In this document: in pieces, positions 58,648 to 64,000 of the stretch
Layout: every line of letters begins with the position of its first letter
How positions within the stretch are numbered: position 1 is the stretch's first letter
Assembly: GCA_965178125.1 (NCBI GenBank)
Contig: OZ237756.1
Location: 310,001-374,000, forward strand
DNA from: Bilabrum cf. latius
Lineage: Eukaryota
Direction: 5' to 3'
Length of the DNA: 64,000 bases
Notes under the pieces: generated by a model
Database searches by the model: none
The model's input: the letters and a program-made list of their open reading frames with translations, nothing else
What the model was told of the DNA's origin: nothing
Translations under genes and position numbers: made by a program

Positions 58648-59805
58648 TCACTCGTCACTGTACCACGTGGTAAGGGGCACCCTGCTGAAATACACGGCAC
58701 AAGAAGGACCATCGCAACCCTCCATCCCGCCCTCCCACAGCAGTCCGGGGTCATCCGACAGTCCCTCCATCAGGCATGAATATGCCCCTGGCCCCGGCGA
58801 CACAACCATTGACTCTGGCAAAATGGATTTGAAACCATCCGCCGAGGCATGCACAGACATGTTGATCCTTCCTTGGCTGCTTGAGGGATTGGAGAACAAG
58901 GCCACCGCCTGCCCAGAGTGGGGCAGGTGAAATCCCCCCAGGGTACTCCCCTGGCAATTCGGGGTCGGCAGATCCACTGGGTGGGTCGCCTTGCTCCACG
59001 CCATGCCCCTGGCACCAGGCACTGCCCAAGCAAAGGGCCGAAGCGGAGACAGACCGTTCCCTCTCAGCGCGATGGCTGGCTCTCCGCTCGGCTGGAGGAA
59101 CAGCTGCGGCTCAGAACCACCGGGGAACAATGCAGAGGGGTCAGCCACCGCCTGCCACCGCTGCCATCCCCCGGCCTCGTCGTCTGAATACCACACGCCA
59201 GCCGCGAACTCTCCAGAGGTGCGGTTGTGCCGGTATCCTGCGAACATGACCCGGGGTCCGTCGTACTCCGAAACTGATGCAGATCTTGGTTTAGCTGCTG
59301 GCAGGTAAATCCCCCTGCCTGGGCCCAGATCCATGCTCTCGAATCGGCCAAGCTGCGCGTTGATGTCTACGGGCTTCGTCCAAGTGAGGCCCTGGTCGCT
59401 GCTGGTACTCATCCACACCGAAGAATCGGACGCATTGTTAAAGTGGAGCACGATGTCCCCGTTCGGAAGAGGAACCATGGCTGGGTTGCTGGTGCGCATG
59501 GTACCAACGATATTCAATTCTAGATCTGACCAAGATTTGCCGTAATCCAGCGATCGTCTCATGCACAGATACCGCTCGCTCTCATCAACCGCCCTTACTG
59601 AATCTAAATCATGAGGGCGGCATCCGTCGCCAATCCAGGCTCTGCACTCCGCCACCGCAACGATTACACCCTTAGAAACCACGACCGATGGGATTCGAAC
59701 ACAAGGCGTGGACGAGGTCATGTTAAAATGAAAAATCGCTTGCGGCAGTGCCGATGCCAAGCCACAAGTGACTGCAATTATCACGGTGATTATAGCAACC
59801 AACAT
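58648..59805 (-). CDS. secreted sialidase-like protein (GH33, BNR/Asp-box)
   Basis: Signal peptide, RIP motif and Asp boxes RSLDYGKSW, SSDQGLTW and YSDDEAGGW; also SEPQ and AYS. Confidence 0.85.
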   Translation of the reverse strand: MLVAIITVIIAVTCGLASALPQAIFHFNMTSSTPCVRIPSVVVSKGVIVAVAECRAWIGDGCRPHDLDSVRAVDESERYLCMRRSLDYGKSWSDLELNIVGTMRTSNPAMVPLPNGDIVLHFNNASDSSVWMSTSSDQGLTWTKPVDINAQLGRFESMDLGPGRGIYLPAAKPRSASVSEYDGPRVMFAGYRHNRTSGEFAAGVWYSDDEAGGWQRWQAVADPSALFPGGSEPQLFLQPSGEPAIALRGNGLSPLRPFAWAVPGARGMAWSKATHPVDLPTPNCQGSTLGGFHLPHSGQAVALFSNPSSSQGRINMSVHASADGFKSILPESMVVSPGPGAYSCLMEGLSDDPGLLWEGGMEGCDGPSCAVYFSRVPLTTWYSDE

Positions 59806-60044
59806 GCGGTATGGTGCTGATTGGGGCGGGATATACTTCCTTTCTCGTTCGTTTAATGCCTCACGCTGGCAAAATCAATCGGAGCGGATTGGGTTCACAG
59901 GTTCGCAATACAAACACCGGCCAACATCCCAAAACCATGCGATTCGAGCATCAAATAATTCCCGTAGGGGATACGGGTAGCACTGGATCTCAACTCGCGA
60001 CAAGCAGACCGGAGCACGCTACGAGCATGCACGATCGATTCACC

Positions 60045-60104
60045 CACATGCACCTGCACCTGCACCTGCACCTGAACCTGCACCTGCACCTGCACCTGCA
60101 CCTG
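60045..60104 (+). repeat. (CACCTG)n hexamer microsatellite, about 10 units
   Basis: Seen directly between the fucosidase stop and the sialidase start. Confidence 0.9.
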
Positions 60105-60127
60105 CCACTGGTACCCGGCCTCGCTAA

Positions 60128-62148
60128 TCACTGAGAGTTCGCCCACGGCGGAGGAAAGTTCGCTCGGTGCGTGTGCAGCGACAGGTCGTCCAGATACACG
60201 GGCTGCCCCTGGAGCACAGTGTCAAGGCACACGAAGCGGACCTCGTCGATCGTCACCGAGGGGTCGATGGGGACACCCCCCGCGGATTTGGGGCAGTCGA
60301 AGCGCCTGCTTCCGATGAAGGCGTCCCTAGGGTAGTCGGCCGAGGGCGCGTCCCCCAAACCGGAACTAGAGCGGCCCCCCAGCACCCGCTCGGTGTCTCT
60401 CTCGGCGAGTACGTGCCACCCCTCCGCCGGTGCTTCCGTGCTCTGGATGTTGCAGTTGGGAGCGTTGACGCAGTGCTTGTCCTGCCAGGGGTAGCACGTG
60501 GGGGCGGGGACCAGGGTTTTCCACTCCGGATCCCCCGTGGCCCGATACTCGATGGTGTAATTGGAGATGCGCTGGCCGCCTGTGGACAGGCCCTCTTTCG
60601 TGCTGACGTAATCCACGTCACCAAGGGTGGTACCCTTAGGCACAGACAGCCTGAAGTCATCATCGTGACCCGCACCGCAGCCCCCAGACTTCCGACCCAG
60701 AGAGGCCACCGCGCTGCCCTCGCCGAACGTTCGGTTCCTCGCGTCGCCGAACTCCTTCATCACCCCGACCATGCTCTCGTTGTAGCGGCCCGAGTCGTCC
60801 GCGGCGATGTTCAGGTTGAGCGTCTTGCCGTGGCCCACGGTGCCAAGGTAAGCCCCGAAGAGCCGAGCCGCGTCGCCGAAGCCCACCGTGTCGTGCCAGA
60901 ACCAGAAGGTCGGCAGCTTGGACGAGTGCCCGTCGGGACCCTCCTGCATGGTGACACCGTGAGACTCGAGAGCGGAAAAGTAGGGCCCTGTGGGGTCCTG
61001 GGTGACGCACTTGCCTGCGTCCGTGCTGTTGGGCCTGGGTCCCCCGGCCTTGCTGCCGTAGATGGAGGTCAGGGGCCGGTAGCAGACATCGCCGGCCTTG
61101 TACGGTCCCACGAGGGTGCCTGGGGCCATGGATCGGATCACAGGGAGGGCCTCGTCCCACAGCTCGCTGATGTTGGTGCCTGTGGGATAACCGGAAGTGC
61201 CGTCGAACCAGAGCCGGGAGGGGGTGTAGGGCGGGGTGAGCAGCTCGCGAAGCTTGTTGAGCTGCGTGTTGATGTACTCCTTGGGGGTGGCATTCTTGAC
61301 GTCAACCTCCCAATGGGCGCACTGGATGTTGAAGTAGTACCCCACTCGCATGCCCCACTTGTGCGCAGACTTGACGAATTCCATCAGGGGGTTCCTGCCG
61401 GTCGACTTGCCCCAGGGCGAGTTGGTCGCAGAGTACTCGGTCGTGTTGGTGTCCCAGAGGCACCAACCGCCCTCGTGCTGTGCTGTAACTAGAATGGATT
61501 TCATTCCCATGGCTGTGCTCGCCTCCATCCACTGGTCCGTGTCCAGGGCGAAGGGGTTCCAGGTGTCTCGGCCCATGCATGGAGCGTCCTGGTTGGCGCT
61601 CGAAGTGTTCTGCACCGTCTTGCAGTCGTGCCAGGTGATGGCCCCGACTTGTTTCAGATACTATTCATTCGAGTTAATCATAGTGTTGATGCCCCAGTGG
61701 GAGAACTACATTGAAAGGTGAGGCATACTGTGCAGGATCCTTTCGATGTGTTTATTGTGTTTCGTGAAGAACCCGAATGCTCCACTTCAATACGTAACCG
61801 ACAAATAAAACAAAGTGGTCCTTTACTTGCGTCCATAAAAGAAGACTTCAACTTAAAAGACTCGATCGTGTTCAACATCGAAGCCGTGGCACGCAAATTC
61901 AGTACGCTAAGGAAAAGCAAACAATTACCGTCAAAGGAACACCAAGCACCACAACAATATGATCTACATGTAAACAATATAATGGACCCTTTAAATCTTA
62001 CCTGGTTAAGCTCTTCAGCTAGAAACTGGAGTTGTCGCTCATCGGGCATCGGAACCGAAGTGCCCCGCAAATCATGACTTGGGGTCCATTCTTCCGCCAC
62101 AGCCAGTGAAGCTCCTGCTACTGACAATAAAGCAGCGATTGATTTCAT
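60128..62148 (-). CDS. secreted alpha-L-fucosidase (GH29), intron about 61706-62001
   Basis: Signal peptide, PDERQLQF, FSHWGINT, WNPFALDTDQW, TAQHEGGWCLW, LRELLT and LWFDG. Confidence 0.88.
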
Positions 62149-62392
62149 GCAAAGTAATCAAATAGTAGCTGGATAGGAGTGGCGCAATCTACCGAATCGT
62201 GCGTCGAACTCAATTTGGTATATCGTACAAGCACGCAACAGTCCAAGCCAAGCGTCGAGAGGTCGAATCGAGGATTCGACAGGCAGAGTCTCTCAGAATG
62301 CAAGTTTATCTGTCGCTCCCTGTCTGAATCGTGCAGCGCGATTCAGGCCTAGACCCCACAGCCCCCCCTCCCAAATCACCCCCCTCACCAAA

Positions 62393-63698
62393 TCAGCCCC
62401 TGCTGCTCCTCCTCCTCCCGCTCGATCGCCTCCGGCCACTGCCTGTGGAACCCTTGGAGGACGCCGCGGTGGAACTCGGCGAACGTTCGCTGCCCCCCTT
62501 CGCCCCTTTGCTTCCCACCACCACCTCCTCCACCTCACTGTCCTCGTCCTCATCCTCACCGCCAGCAGCAGCATCAGCAGCATCAGCAGCGAACGGGTCC
62601 TCCTCGTCCCCCTAAGCACCTGCCCCGTGCTCGCCCAAAGCAGCCACCGCTGCCTTCATGGCCCCCACATCCACGCCACCCCCTGCCGCAGAGTCCGCAT
62701 CGAAAGCCGCCTGCATGCGGCCAAAGGCCCCACCGACAGACGACCGCCGTGCCGTCGCGGCCGCGATGCTCCTCCTTCTGCTCACCTCCTCCTCGCTCTC
62801 AACGCGGGCAGCGAGCGCCACGCACAGGCCCTGCAGGCGATGTGCCTGCTCCACCACGCCCTCCACCTCCTGCGCGGCGCCCTTGGGATCGGTTCCGCAG
62901 AAGTCCTCGGTCGCTTTCGAGATGGAATCGCTCGCAGACTCGAACTGGGGAAGCCGCTTCTGGTACAGCCGCCTGACGTGCTTAAGGGCACGGCGGCGGC
63001 GCTTCTCCTTGAGAATGGCCTGGTGCTCCTCCGCGATCTGCTGCCGAAGTTCCGCAAGCGCGGCGTCGGTCGCAGCCTCCTCCTCCTCCTTCTCCTCGTC
63101 ACCCTCCTTGCCTCTGGCCTGGTCAGCATCGTCTTGCTCGCCCAAGTCCAGGGTCGGGGGGATATCGAATATGTTTCGCATGACGTACATTTCAAATTTG
63201 TCCATATTCTGGTCGAAGTGCCGACGCAGGTCCTCCACCAGGCTGTCGCAGCCGTGCGCGATTTCGGCGCGCACCTCGCTATCGCTAGGTAGGCGGCGCG
63301 ACTTAGAAGATGTCGGTGCCTTTGGCAGGGCCTGCAAATTATGTTGAGACAGTAACTTCACCATGATAGTAGGCGGGCTGGTCCGCTAAAGCAAGCTTGG
63401 CAACACTACACGTGCAAATGTGTGACTGCAGCCCAATGCAACATTCTCTCACGCTGTCCAGGCCTTCTTCCATTTTATCAAGACCATCGCATATATAATC
63501 ATCAGCAGCATTATAGACTGCGCGGGTGGTAGAGTAGTATTGAGGGATAGCGGCAATACATAGGTCTTAGGCAAATTTCACAGGACCGGCAAGCAAGCAC
63601 GCAAAATAAAGGCCCTCACTGTCCTCGACGAATCGCATCGGATCGAAGCCAAAGTATTGAACGACCCTAGGGTCGGAACTGCTGCCTGCGGCAGCCAT
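62393..63698 (-). CDS. MIS12: Mis12 kinetochore protein (multi-exon)
   Basis: N-terminal QYFGFDPMRFVED and FDQNMDKFEMYVMRNIFDIP followed by a coiled coil. It reads through TAG 62612 to TGA 62393. Middle exon boundaries are uncertain. Confidence 0.75.
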
Positions 63699-64000
63699 GT
63701 TGAACGTGAATGGCAGTCTGCGTTTTTCGAACAAACGTCTCCGAATCGGCGCCGCGCTTTGCTTAACGGAACCAAACTTGATGCCGGTCCGGCATTGCCG
63801 GACAGGACCCGTGATCCAACGTGCAACGATGCGTTCATATATCATTCTAAACCGAATCACAACCCAAGGAAATACGCGTGCCCCCCAGCGTTCTGAATCG
63901 GGGTGGCAACGGGCGAAGCCAGCGCCCACTCGTACCACGTCTTGGTGGCGCTGCTGCACCGCCACAGGTGCACCTCCACCAGCTCGCCCTTCTTGACAGG

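Noticed and set aside
1-64000. TAG as pyrrolysine, or TAA also reassigned (ciliate code 6)
   Set aside because: TAG is too frequent and lies in Gln contexts. TAA was never met in frame even in AT-rich viral genes and terminates several of them.

Overview
GC-rich, intron-containing eukaryotic (protist) DNA in which TAG is a sense codon (Gln) while TAA and TGA remain stops. Once TAG is read as Gln, the fragmented ORF track collapses into a few long genes: an LRR/Cys-rich surface protein, an S53 sedolisin, an ankyrin-TPR-DnaJ protein, a giant WW-type protein, a Ctr copper transporter, a DEAH helicase-RBR ligase fusion, a sialidase, a GH29 fucosidase and Mis12. The centre of the window is a three-level nested insertion. 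A complete AT-rich endogenous virophage (31392-57116; about 1 kb TIRs, 6-bp TSD CGAAAG) sits inside the coding sequence of the host DEAH-RBR gene. It encodes an rve integrase with chromodomain, an SF3 helicase, a protein-primed PolB, a Sputnik-like major capsid protein, a penton, a packaging ATPase and a cysteine protease. A GC-rich Ngaro tyrosine-recombinase retrotransposon (46155-54713; A1-ORFs-B1-A2-B2) sits inside the virophage packaging ATPase gene. Both parasites use the host TAG=Gln code. The Ngaro ORF1/ORF2 junction is an in-frame UGA-CUAG readthrough context. All calls come from manual translation and motif recognition; no database searches were run.
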